Assembly (NCBI GenBank): GCA_017547285.1
Contig: JAFYQB010000033.1
Location: forward strand, 1,678 to 65,677
Source: Clostridia bacterium
Lineage (GTDB): Bacteria; Bacillota; Clostridia; Christensenellales; Aristaeellaceae
DNA: 64,000 bases
Direction: 5' to 3'
Under the pieces are notes generated by a model. That model worked only from the letters and a program-made list of their open reading frames with translations, had not been told where the DNA came from and searched no databases. Of this stretch, positions 33,708 through 41,643 are shown piece after piece (the first letter of the stretch is position 1; each line of letters opens with the position of its first letter). A program made the translations under genes and the position numbers.

Positions 33708-35204
33708 TTGGAATTTGATCGCGATCTGTATTCCATTCAGGAAGTCAGAAATGCCGTGAAGGCTGCCAAGGCAGCTCAGGCGGTTTACCGTACCTTCGAT
33801 CAGGCGAAGGTGGACGGCATCGTGGCCAAAATCGCGCAGGCCTGTGCCGCCAATGCTGAAAAGCTGGCCAAGATGGCCGTCGAAGAGACGGGCTTTGGTA
33901 TCTGGCAGGACAAGGTGCTCAAGAATCTGCTGGGCAGCTCCATCACCTACGACTATATCAAGGACATGAAGACGGTCGGCATCCTCTGCGAGGATAAGGA
34001 AAAGGGCCTGATGGAGATCGGCGTTCCCATGGGCGTTGTCGCCGCGCTGATCCCTTCCACCAACCCCACGTCCACCGTCATGTACAAGGTGCTGATCTCG
34101 CTCAAGTCCGGCAACGGCATCGTCATCAGCCCCCACCCCAGCGCCAAAAACTGTATCATTGAAACCTACAAGGTGATCATCGAGGCCGCCCGCGCGGCGG
34201 ATGTGCCGGACGGACTGATCCAGTGCATCATGACCCCCACCAAGGAAGCCACGGATACGCTGCTGCGCCACCCGGATATCAGCATCATTCTGGCCACCGG
34301 CGGCGAGGCGATGGTTCGCGCGGCCTATTCCTCCGGCAACCCCGCTCTGGGCGTAGGCCCCGGCAACGGCCCCTCGTTCATCGAGCGTTCCGCCAACATT
34401 CCGCTGGCAGTCAAGCGTATCTTTGACAGCAAGACTTTTGACAACGGCACCATCTGCGCCTCTGAGCAGAGCATCGTAACCGAAGCCTGCATCAAGGATC
34501 AGGTGATCGCTGAGGTCAAAAAGCAGGGCGGCTACTTCATGTCCGAGGAAGAAACCGCCAAGGTCGGCCGCTTCATCATGCGCGCCAACGGCACCATGAA
34601 CCCCAAGATCGTGGGCAAATCCGCCCAGGTGATTGCGGACATGGCCGGCATCACCATTCCCGCCGGCACCCGCGTGCTGGTTTCTCCCCAGAAGACCGTG
34701 GGCAAGGATAACCCCTACTCCCGCGAGAAGCTCTGCCCCATTCTGGCCTTCTATGTGGAAGAGAACTGGGAAGGCGCCTGCAAGCGCAGCATTGAAATTC
34801 TGCAGAACGAAGGCGCAGGCCACACCATGACCCTGCACACCGAGGACATGGACGTTGTGCGTGCCTTTGCGCTGGAGAAGCCCGTTTCCCGTCTGCTGGT
34901 CAACACCCCCGGCGCGCTGGGCGGCGTTGGCGCCACCACCAAGCTGGCTCCCGCGCTCACGCTGGGCTGCGGCGCAGTGGGCGGCAGCGCAACGAGCGAC
35001 AACGTAACGCCCCTGCACCTGATCAACATTCGCCGCGTGGCCTTTGGCCGCAAGGAGCTGGAAGAGCTCCGCGGCATGTCCCCCTGCGGAAGCGCGCCCT
35101 GCGCTGCTCCCTGCAAACCCTGTGAGGAGAAGGCCGCTGCCGGCCTCAACCGTCAGGAGATCGAAGCCATCACCCGTGCAATTCTTGCGCGGCTTGGAAA
35201 ATAA
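33708..35204 (+). CDS. eutE: acetaldehyde dehydrogenase (acetylating) EutE with a C-terminal Cys-rich linker and helix
   Basis: ORF 33699-35204. TTG 33708 lies 8 nt after AAGGAGG, whereas GTG 33699 overlaps the RBS. It has an aldehyde dehydrogenase fold (TGGEAMV, ICASEQS catalytic Cys). The extra 42-aa tail is encoded at 35076-35201. Confidence 0.85.
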   Translation: MEFDRDLYSIQEVRNAVKAAKAAQAVYRTFDQAKVDGIVAKIAQACAANAEKLAKMAVEETGFGIWQDKVLKNLLGSSITYDYIKDMKTVGILCEDKEKGLMEIGVPMGVVAALIPSTNPTSTVMYKVLISLKSGNGIVISPHPSAKNCIIETYKVIIEAARAADVPDGLIQCIMTPTKEATDTLLRHPDISIILATGGEAMVRAAYSSGNPALGVGPGNGPSFIERSANIPLAVKRIFDSKTFDNGTICASEQSIVTEACIKDQVIAEVKKQGGYFMSEEETAKVGRFIMRANGTMNPKIVGKSAQVIADMAGITIPAGTRVLVSPQKTVGKDNPYSREKLCPILAFYVEENWEGACKRSIEILQNEGAGHTMTLHTEDMDVVRAFALEKPVSRLLVNTPGALGGVGATTKLAPALTLGCGAVGGSATSDNVTPLHLINIRRVAFGRKELEELRGMSPCGSAPCAAPCKPCEEKAAAGLNRQEIEAITRAILARLGK

Positions 35205-35247
35205 AACCCACCACACACCCTAACATAAATTGATGGAGGTATGTATT

Positions 35248-35541
35248 ATGTCTACTCTGCAGGCTCTGGGTATGGTTGAAACCAAAGGTCTTATCGGTTC
35301 TATCGAAGCTGCTGATGCTATGGTCAAGGCTGCGAACGTCAACCTGATCGGCAAGGTGCACGTTGGCGGCGGTCTGGTGACCGTGATGGTTCGCGGCGAC
35401 GTTGGCGCCGTGAAGGCCGCTACCGATGCCGGTGCTGCTGCTGCTTCCCGCGTTGGCGAGCTGGTTTCCGTGCACGTGATCCCGCGTCCCCACAACGAAG
35501 TGGAAATGATCCTGCCCACGCTGGCTACCACCGATAAGTAA
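35248..35541 (+). CDS. eutM: BMC-H shell protein EutM
   Basis: ATG 35248 lies 8 nt after [31 protein letters not shown]...GDVGAVKAA is the canonical BMC domain. Confidence 0.9.
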   Translation: MSTLQALGMVETKGLIGSIEAADAMVKAANVNLIGKVHVGGGLVTVMVRGDVGAVKAATDAGAAAASRVGELVSVHVIPRPHNEVEMILPTLATTDK

Positions 35542-35578
35542 TCGGTAACTGAAAAGAGTATGACGAAGGGGTGGCAAA

Positions 35579-36340
35579 ATGAGTAAAGCGACGATTCTGA
35601 CGGATATTGAGCTGCGTGCGCACTGGTACCGCACCCGGCAAACCACCTATACGGTGGCTCCGGGTACCTGTATCACGCCCGCTGCGCAGGACTTTATCCG
35701 GGAACATCAGATTCAGCTGCATTTTGCCGCCCCTGTCTCATCAGGCATGACGGTCACGCCCATTCCCACGCAGGCAGGCCGCGCCAAGTACGTGGATTAC
35801 GTAACAGGCAAGGCGCTGGACGTGAAGCCGGAAAACATGACCCATCTGAGAGGCAATCTGCTGGTGAACAAGCGGCATCCGCGCATTGCGTTCCGCGGCA
35901 GGCTGGACTCCCTGATGGCCAAAGTGATCTGCGTACAGCTGGCCGCGGCGGAAGCCGGAAAGGAAAAGCTGTGCGAAGAGCTGGAAGAACTGCTGGGTTA
36001 TCTTCGCACCATTCTGGCCGCCGAGGTCAAGGATGAACCGCTTCAGCCCATGAATCTGCTGGGCATGGACAGCGAAGGCATCCGCCAGTGTTCCCACCAT
36101 GTGAAGGAACACATTGGAATCAATCACCCCATCCCCTCTTACCGGATGGGCAAACTGTGTGTGATGCTCAACGAGCTGCGCACGCAGGTAAGAGAAACCG
36201 AACTGAGCGCGGTGAATGCCCTCGGTCAGGAAGGGCCTGATATGCGTCTGGATATCATTGAAGGCCTGAACCGCTTCTCAAGCTGCGTATACATTCTGTT
36301 CTGCCGTACCGTGGCAGGAAAATATGAAGAGGAGAAATGA
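35579..36340 (+). CDS. eutT: ethanolamine-utilisation cobalamin adenosyltransferase (PduO/PF01923-like core with a ~90-aa N-terminal extension)
   Basis: 253 aa. KRHPRIAFRGRLDSLMAKVICVQ aligns with the RVEAYGTVDELNS region of PduO-type adenosyltransferases, from memory. Its position between eutM and pduL matches Firmicutes eut loci. Confidence 0.65.
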   Translation: MSKATILTDIELRAHWYRTRQTTYTVAPGTCITPAAQDFIREHQIQLHFAAPVSSGMTVTPIPTQAGRAKYVDYVTGKALDVKPENMTHLRGNLLVNKRHPRIAFRGRLDSLMAKVICVQLAAAEAGKEKLCEELEELLGYLRTILAAEVKDEPLQPMNLLGMDSEGIRQCSHHVKEHIGINHPIPSYRMGKLCVMLNELRTQVRETELSAVNALGQEGPDMRLDIIEGLNRFSSCVYILFCRTVAGKYEEEK

Positions 36341-36344
36341 TAGC

Positions 36345-37016
36345 ATGCATTACTACAGTGAAAAGGAAATCCGCGATATCATTGCTTCTGTTGTAGCGCA
36401 GCAGCTGGGTACCCCGTGCGCTCCGCAGGCCAAATCCTGCGAAAACAGCAAGCAGACCGTTCCCGTGGAAGTATCCGCCCGCCATGTGCACCTGACGCAG
36501 GAGGCGGTAGAAATTCTCTACGGCAAGGGCCACAAGCTGACCAAAAAGCGCGATCTCAGCCAGCCAGGCGAGTTTCTGGCCGAGGAACGCGTAAAGATCG
36601 TTACCAACAAAGGTGAATTTGCCAATGTAGCCGTTCTTGGCCCGGCCCGTCCTGCCGTGCAGGTGGAGCTTTCCATGACGGACTGCAAAACCCTTGGCAT
36701 CAAAGCGCCGGTCAATCTGTCCGGCGATCTGAACGGCGCGGCTGACGTCGTGCTCTTCAGCCCCACGGGCATGGTGAAGGCCGATGGTTCCGCCATCGTT
36801 GCCAAGGCCCATATCCACATGACCACCAAGGACGCCCAGACCTACGGCGTGAAGGATGGTCAGAAGGTGCGCGTTCATCTGAACAGCGCACGTCCCATTA
36901 CCATTGATGACGTCATCATCCGCGTCAAAGACAGCTTTGCGCTGGCTATGCACATCGATTTTGATGAAGCCAACGCTGCTGCTGTTGCCGGAAACATCAC
37001 CGGTACGCTGGAGTGA
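36345..37016 (+). CDS. pduL: phosphate acyltransferase PduL
   Basis: ORF 36324-37016. ATG 36345 lies 10 nt after AGGAG. The duplicated PduL blocks VEVSARHVHL and AKAHIHM are present. N-terminal helix is EKEIRDIIASVVAQQL. Confidence 0.85.
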   Translation: MHYYSEKEIRDIIASVVAQQLGTPCAPQAKSCENSKQTVPVEVSARHVHLTQEAVEILYGKGHKLTKKRDLSQPGEFLAEERVKIVTNKGEFANVAVLGPARPAVQVELSMTDCKTLGIKAPVNLSGDLNGAADVVLFSPTGMVKADGSAIVAKAHIHMTTKDAQTYGVKDGQKVRVHLNSARPITIDDVIIRVKDSFALAMHIDFDEANAAAVAGNITGTLE

Positions 37017-37028
37017 GGAGGAACCCCC

Positions 37029-37685
37029 ATGCATGAATCCATGGACGAACTCGTCCGCCTCGTTACCGAACGGGTGATGGCTGCCCTGAACACCGAAAAC
37101 AAGCTCACCGAAGCACAGAACGAAGGCAAAAAGAAGTGCCTTGTGCTCGGCGGGATGGAAGATATCCCCGAAACGCTCAAACAGGATATGATTCTGTTTG
37201 ACGTAACGGATTATGAAACCGTACAGAATATTCTGCGCTACAGCCGCGTCATCATTAGCAAACTTACCCTGCGCCAGCTGGCGGATATTGCCGCAGGCCG
37301 CCCGGGAGACTCCCTTTGCTGCGCCGTTTGTCAGGCGCTTTTGCAGGGCGTGGATGTGGTGATGCTGGAAACCGCCGCGCCGCACCGTGCGCATGCCGGC
37401 AAGGGCAGCACCGCTTTCTACCGCATGCTGGAAGGCTATATGAACAGCCTGCAGGTATTTGGAATCAAGCTGATCGTCAAGGAAAGCGCACTCAACTATG
37501 GCCCTGAAAAGAAACAGGGCGAACCCGTCCGCTGCGAGGTGAACGGTACCAAGCTGATCACCGAGGAAATGGCGGAACGCCTGGCCAAAAAGGCGCAGGA
37601 AATTGTGGTGCCCGCCTCCACGATCATCACCCCTGCCGCTATGGACGTGCTCAAAGAAGCCCGTATCACCGTTATCCGGAGGTAA
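37029..37685 (+). CDS. eut-locus protein of unknown function
   Basis: 218 aa, tightly packed between pduL and eutN, with GGAGGA upstream. N-terminal amphipathic helix is MDELVRLVTERVMAAL. The C-terminal ITPAA.D module is shared with the adenosyltransferase N-terminus. I recognise no family. Confidence 0.75.
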   Translation: MHESMDELVRLVTERVMAALNTENKLTEAQNEGKKKCLVLGGMEDIPETLKQDMILFDVTDYETVQNILRYSRVIISKLTLRQLADIAAGRPGDSLCCAVCQALLQGVDVVMLETAAPHRAHAGKGSTAFYRMLEGYMNSLQVFGIKLIVKESALNYGPEKKQGEPVRCEVNGTKLITEEMAERLAKKAQEIVVPASTIITPAAMDVLKEARITVIRR

Positions 37686-37688
37686 TCC

Positions 37689-37973
37689 ATGATTATTTGC
37701 AAAGTGGTGGGCCATGTATGGGCCACCAAAAAGGAAGAACGCCTGAACGGCCTCAAGCTGATGGTTGTGCAGGAGGATTCGCCCGATAAAAAGAAGCGGG
37801 ATATTTTTGTAGCTGCCGACACGGTTGGCGCGGGCATCGGCGAACAGGTGCTGGTGGTTAGCGGCAGCACGGCGCGCAAGGCGTTTGGCCGTGAAGATGT
37901 GCCTGCCGATATGGCGATCGTCGGCATCATCGATACGCTGGAAGTCAACCGTGAAAAACTGGATCTGAAATAA
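37689..37973 (+). CDS. eutN: BMC-P vertex protein EutN/CcmL
   Basis: 94 aa. MIICKVVGHVWATKK...DTVGAGIGEQVLVVSGSTAR is the EutN/CcmL fold signature. Confidence 0.9.
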   Translation: MIICKVVGHVWATKKEERLNGLKLMVVQEDSPDKKKRDIFVAADTVGAGIGEQVLVVSGSTARKAFGREDVPADMAIVGIIDTLEVNREKLDLK

Positions 37974-37988
37974 AAGGGAGTGCCAAAA

Positions 37989-39338
37989 ATGAGCATTACC
38001 GATCAAATTGCAGCCGCTGGCATTGTTGGCTGCGGCGGCGCGGGTTTCCCCACGCACGCCAAACTCAAAGGAACTTTTGAACACCTGATTATCAACGGCG
38101 CGGAGTGCGAACCGCTGCTCCGCACCGACCGCTATATCATGCTCAACAAGGCGGATGAGCTGGTGCGCGCCCTGTGCGCTATCACGAAGGAATTGAACGT
38201 TCCCAAGTGTACCATTGCGCTCAAAGCCGATTACAAAGACGAAATCGCTTCTCTGGAAAAGGCCATCGCCAAAGCTGGCGCTGATATCGCCATCCACAGG
38301 ATGGAAAGCTTTTATCCGGCCGGCGACGAACAAACCATTGTATACGAAGTAACGGGCCGTGTTGTACCGCCTGCAGGCATTCCCGGCATGGTGGGCTGCG
38401 TGGTGGATAATATCGCCACCATTCTGGCCGTGAACGATGCGCTGGACGGCAAACCCCTGACGCAGAAGTACCTGACCGTTACCGGTGAAGTGAAGCATCC
38501 CATGGTGCTGCGCGTACCCGTTGGCACCAGCTTTGCCCGCTGCATCGAACTGGCAGGCGGCGCTCTGCACAGCGATTACTTTGTGGTATCCGGCGGTCCC
38601 ATGATGGGCAAGCCGCTGACCAGGGAACAGGCTGCCAATGAAGTGGTGACCAAAACCACCTCCGGCATTCTGATTCTGCCTGCGGACGGTTATCACGCCA
38701 CGCAGAACGAGATCAGCGTTCGCCACATGCTCAACCGCGCCAAATCTGCCTGCATCCAGTGTTCCGCCTGTTCGCAGCTGTGCCCGCGCCACATGCTGGG
38801 TCACCCTATTGAGCCGCACCGGATCATGCGCAAAATGGCCATGGCCAACGAGATCGGCGAGGACCTGAACGATCCCGTCATCCGCAATGCAGCGCTGTGC
38901 TGCGAATGCGGCGTATGCGAGGCGTATGCCTGCCCCATGGGCCTGCAGCCCCGCAGGATCAACAGCCTGCTCAAAAAGCAGCTGGGCGCAGCCGGGATCC
39001 GCTATGCCCGTCCCGAAGGCGCGGAGTATGAAGCAGATCCCCAGCGTGATGCCCGCAAGGTGCCCAGCAAGCGTCTGGCTGCCCGTGTGGAGGTACTCCC
39101 CTATTACCACTACACCATTCGCGAACTGGCAGAGGATCAGCCTGCACAGGTACGCATTCCCCTGAGGATGCACATCGGCGCGCCTTCTGTGCCGGTGGTG
39201 CAGGCAGGCGATTCCGTGACCGCCGGTCAGCTGATCGCCAAATGCCCGGATGGTGCGCTGGGCGCTGCCATCCACGCCAGTATTTCCGGCAAGGTTGTTT
39301 CGGTCAACGATTCCATTGAAATCAGCAGCGCGCTGTAA
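37989..39338 (+). CDS. pduS: PduS-like Fe-S flavoprotein (RnfC/NuoF-like, cobalamin reductase family)
   Basis: ATG 37989 lies 8 nt after AAGGGAG. GCGGAGFPTHAKLK is the NADH/FMN block. CIQCSACSQLCP and CCECGVCEAYACP are two 4Fe-4S motifs. 449 aa. Confidence 0.8.
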   Translation: MSITDQIAAAGIVGCGGAGFPTHAKLKGTFEHLIINGAECEPLLRTDRYIMLNKADELVRALCAITKELNVPKCTIALKADYKDEIASLEKAIAKAGADIAIHRMESFYPAGDEQTIVYEVTGRVVPPAGIPGMVGCVVDNIATILAVNDALDGKPLTQKYLTVTGEVKHPMVLRVPVGTSFARCIELAGGALHSDYFVVSGGPMMGKPLTREQAANEVVTKTTSGILILPADGYHATQNEISVRHMLNRAKSACIQCSACSQLCPRHMLGHPIEPHRIMRKMAMANEIGEDLNDPVIRNAALCCECGVCEAYACPMGLQPRRINSLLKKQLGAAGIRYARPEGAEYEADPQRDARKVPSKRLAARVEVLPYYHYTIRELAEDQPAQVRIPLRMHIGAPSVPVVQAGDSVTAGQLIAKCPDGALGAAIHASISGKVVSVNDSIEISSAL

Positions 39339-39350
39339 CAGGAGGACGCT

Positions 39351-39896
39351 ATGGATTCGATTGGTTTTCTGGAGTTCAACAGCATCGCCAAGGGCATTGA
39401 AGCCGCCGATGCTGTGATCAAGGCTGCGGACGTGCATCTGGCGTTTGCCAAGGCCAGCTGTCCCGGCAAATATTATCTGCTGTTCCACGGCGAAGTCGCC
39501 GCTGTGCAGGCCTCTCTGGACGCCGGCGCAGCCATCGGCGGCAAGCACGTGGTGGATCACTGTGTGATCCCGCGCGTGCATCCGCAGGTCATCAAGGCCA
39601 TCGGCATGGCCAACATGCCCGAGTACAACGGCGCCATCGGCGTGATGGAATTCTACAGCGTGACTGCTTCCATCTACGGCGCGGATGCTGCCGTCAAGGC
39701 AGCGGATGTTTCGCTGATCGACCTGCGCCTTGGCACGGGCATCGGCGGCAAGTCCTTTGTGACCCTGACCGGTGATGTGGCCGCTGTAACGGAATCCATC
39801 CGCTGCGGCACCACCACGCCCAACGCTGAAGGCATGCTGGTATCCAGCGTGGTCATCCCCAACCCGGCTCCCGAACTCTTCCAGAGTCTGCTGTAA
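39351..39896 (+). CDS. pduT: tandem-BMC shell protein PduT-like
   Basis: 181 aa with two BMC domains (SIGFLEFNSIAKGIEAADAV and AIGVMEFYSVTASIYGADAA). The Cys in KASCPGKY sits where PduT ligates its pore 4Fe-4S cluster. Confidence 0.8.
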   Translation: MDSIGFLEFNSIAKGIEAADAVIKAADVHLAFAKASCPGKYYLLFHGEVAAVQASLDAGAAIGGKHVVDHCVIPRVHPQVIKAIGMANMPEYNGAIGVMEFYSVTASIYGADAAVKAADVSLIDLRLGTGIGGKSFVTLTGDVAAVTESIRCGTTTPNAEGMLVSSVVIPNPAPELFQSLL

Positions 39897-39911
39897 CAGA
39901 GGAGGAACAAA

Positions 39912-40280
39912 ATGGCAGTTTACGAAAACTCTCCTTTTGAGAAGCAGCGCGTTATTCAGGAATTCGTACCCGGCAAACAGGTGACCATGGCGCATCTGAT
40001 CGCCAATCCCATGCCGGGCCTGTACAAGAAGCTTGGCGTGATCGGCAATCCTTCCGGCGCGCTGGGCATTCTGACCATCACCCCCAGCGAAGCGGCCATT
40101 ATCGGCGCGGACGTTGCCTCCAAGGCGGCAAACGTGGAGGTTGTATTTGTGGACCGCTTTAACGGCTCTCTGGTGATCAGCGGCGATGTTGCCAGCACCG
40201 AGGCAGCCGTGCGTGATGTACTGGACGTGCTGCAGAACATTCTGGGCTTTACCATTGCAACGGAAATTACAAGAACATGA
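39912..40280 (+). CDS. eutS: circularly permuted BMC shell protein EutS/PduU
   Basis: 122 aa. [21 protein letters not shown] matches E. coli Eut[22 protein letters not shown]. Confidence 0.85.
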   Translation: MAVYENSPFEKQRVIQEFVPGKQVTMAHLIANPMPGLYKKLGVIGNPSGALGILTITPSEAAIIGADVASKAANVEVVFVDRFNGSLVISGDVASTEAAVRDVLDVLQNILGFTIATEITRT

Positions 40281-40705
40281 AAAAGATTATGCTGATCGGG
40301 CACATTGCCTGCGGAAAAACCACCCTGTGCCAGCGGCTGAACGGCCTGAAGCAGGAATACAAAAAGACCCAGACCATTGAGGTCATCAACCATACCATCG
40401 ATACACCGGGCGAATACCTGGAGCACCGCGCGCTTCTGCGCAGCCTGACCGTGACCTCTGTCGATGTGGATGTAGCGCTGTTTTTGCAGGATGCGACCTC
40501 TGAACGCTTTCTCTTCTCCCCCGGCCAGTCGATGGCATTCCCCATCCCGGTCATCGGCGTGGTAACCAAAACCGACATCGCCACTCCCGAGCAGACTGCG
40601 CAGGCCGTGGAGCTGCTGGAACTGGCAGGCGCGGAGCGTATTTTCTGCGTCAGTTCCATCAACGGCGATGGCATGGACGAACTGATCCAGTATCTGAGTG
40701 AATAA
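40277..40705 (+). CDS. eutP: EutP/PduV family GTPase
   Basis: 142 aa. P-loop is [12 protein letters not shown] and DTPGEY is the switch. The start overlaps the eutS stop (ATGA). Confidence 0.85.
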   Translation: MKKIMLIGHIACGKTTLCQRLNGLKQEYKKTQTIEVINHTIDTPGEYLEHRALLRSLTVTSVDVDVALFLQDATSERFLFSPGQSMAFPIPVIGVVTKTDIATPEQTAQAVELLELAGAERIFCVSSINGDGMDELIQYLSE

Positions 40706-40719
40706 GGACGGAACCACAC

Positions 40720-41157
40720 ATGCAGGAATTCAGCAAAGAAACCATCGAGGCCATTGTACGTCAGGTTCTTGGAAAACTGCTGATCGAAAACGATGATTGC
40801 CCCGTTAAAAAGGTTGCCGTTCCGTCTCTGACCGTAACGGAAGAACACCGGATGGACACCGGCAATCCCGCCGACCGTGTATGGACGCGCGATCTGTTCA
40901 CGCTGGAACAGTCCCCGCGCCTTGGCTGCGGCCTGATGGTGATGGAGCACACCACCTTCCCCTGGACGCTCAACTATGATGAAATCGACTACGTAGTGGA
41001 AGGCCAGCTGAGCATCCTGATCAATGGAAAGCGTGTTACCGCCGGCCCCGGCGAGATCATCCTGATCCCCAAGGGCTCCTCCATTCAGTTTTCCGTGGAG
41101 GACAAAGCGCGTTTCCTCTATTTTGTTTATCCCGCCAACTGGCAGGAGCAGGCCTGA
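40720..41157 (+). CDS. eutQ: cupin protein EutQ
   Basis: 145 aa. C-terminal cupin is YDEIDYVVEGQLSILINGKRVTAGPGEIILIPKGSSIQF. N-terminal helix is ETIEAIVRQVLGKLL. Confidence 0.8.
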   Translation: MQEFSKETIEAIVRQVLGKLLIENDDCPVKKVAVPSLTVTEEHRMDTGNPADRVWTRDLFTLEQSPRLGCGLMVMEHTTFPWTLNYDEIDYVVEGQLSILINGKRVTAGPGEIILIPKGSSIQFSVEDKARFLYFVYPANWQEQA

Positions 41158-41162
41158 TTTTC

Positions 41163-41188
41163 AGCCGTCAGCTACGCTGGCGGCTTTT
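41163..41188 (+). terminator. rho-independent terminator of the eut operon
   Basis: agccgtcagc/gctggcggct 10-bp stem, 3-nt loop, TTTT. It lies 6 nt after the eutQ stop. Confidence 0.6.
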
Positions 41189-41276
41189 GCTTTCGAATTA
41201 TCATTTCCTTTTTGAAAAATATCCATAATTCGATCCAACAACCGCTTTCCCGCCACGTCCCCGCGTACGAAAGCCC

Positions 41277-41305
41277 TTGACAAACAAGGCGCTGACGCGT
41301 ACAAT
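41277..41305 (+). promoter_or_regulatory. promoter of tRNA-Arg
   Basis: TTGACA (41277-41282), 17-nt spacer, TACAAT (41300-41305). The tRNA 5' end is 12 nt downstream. Confidence 0.65.
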
Positions 41306-41316
41306 ATTCCCTGTAC

Positions 41317-41393
41317 GCGCCCGTAGCTCAGCTGGATAGAGTGTCAGACTCCGACTCTGAAGGTCGTGCGTTCGAATCGCATCGGGCGTACCA
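41317..41393 (+). tRNA. tRNA-Arg (anticodon CCG), CCA encoded
   Basis: Hand-folded cloverleaf. Acceptor stem is gcgcccg/cgggcgt, D arm is gctc-agctggata-gagt, and the anticodon stem tcaga/tctga has the loop ctCCGac. T arm is gtgcg-ttcgaat-cgcat, with discriminator a and CCA. Confidence 0.92.
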
Positions 41394-41400
41394 AGGAAAA

Positions 41401-41433
41401 CCCTCGAAGCCGTAAAGGTTTCGGGGGTTTTTT
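41401..41433 (+). terminator. rho-independent terminator after tRNA-Arg
   Basis: ccctcgaagcc/ggtttcggggg 11-bp stem (two G-U pairs), gtaaa loop, TTTTTT. Confidence 0.7.
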
Positions 41434-41643
41434 AGTATGCCCGGAATCGAGCGAAAAAGCTGTAGAATTCACAGGAAGATCCACAGTTCTTAGAATTGTG
41501 AGAATAAAATCGTAAATGCCCTTTTATTATTATATCATATGAACATTGAAACAACCAACGAATTACACCCTAAGCACAAGGTGTTGTCTGAAATAAAATC
41601 AGCTTAAGCGTAAACGCGACTCTGATAAATACATAATATACAG

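Noticed and set aside
36255-39995. A 1246-aa ORF on the minus strand, spanning pduL to eutS. It is the longest ORF in the window.
   Set aside because: It is codon-aligned antisense to six consecutive plus-strand genes. All six happen to share one reading frame: the starts 36345, 37029, 37689, 37989, 39351 and 39912 are all equal to 0 mod 3. In GC3-rich genes the antisense stops correspond to the rare sense codons TTA, CTA and TCA, so this frame stays open. Its translation is low-complexity (rich in Ala, Gly, Arg and His) with no RBS and no domain. The plus-strand genes have unmistakable homology. The shared frame is probably chance, about 1 in 243.
41434-41643. Integrated-element attachment site next to tRNA-Arg.
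   Set aside because: There is no copy of the tRNA 3' end, no integrase or excisionase, and no flanking direct repeats that I could find. I kept it only as a low-interest junction observation.
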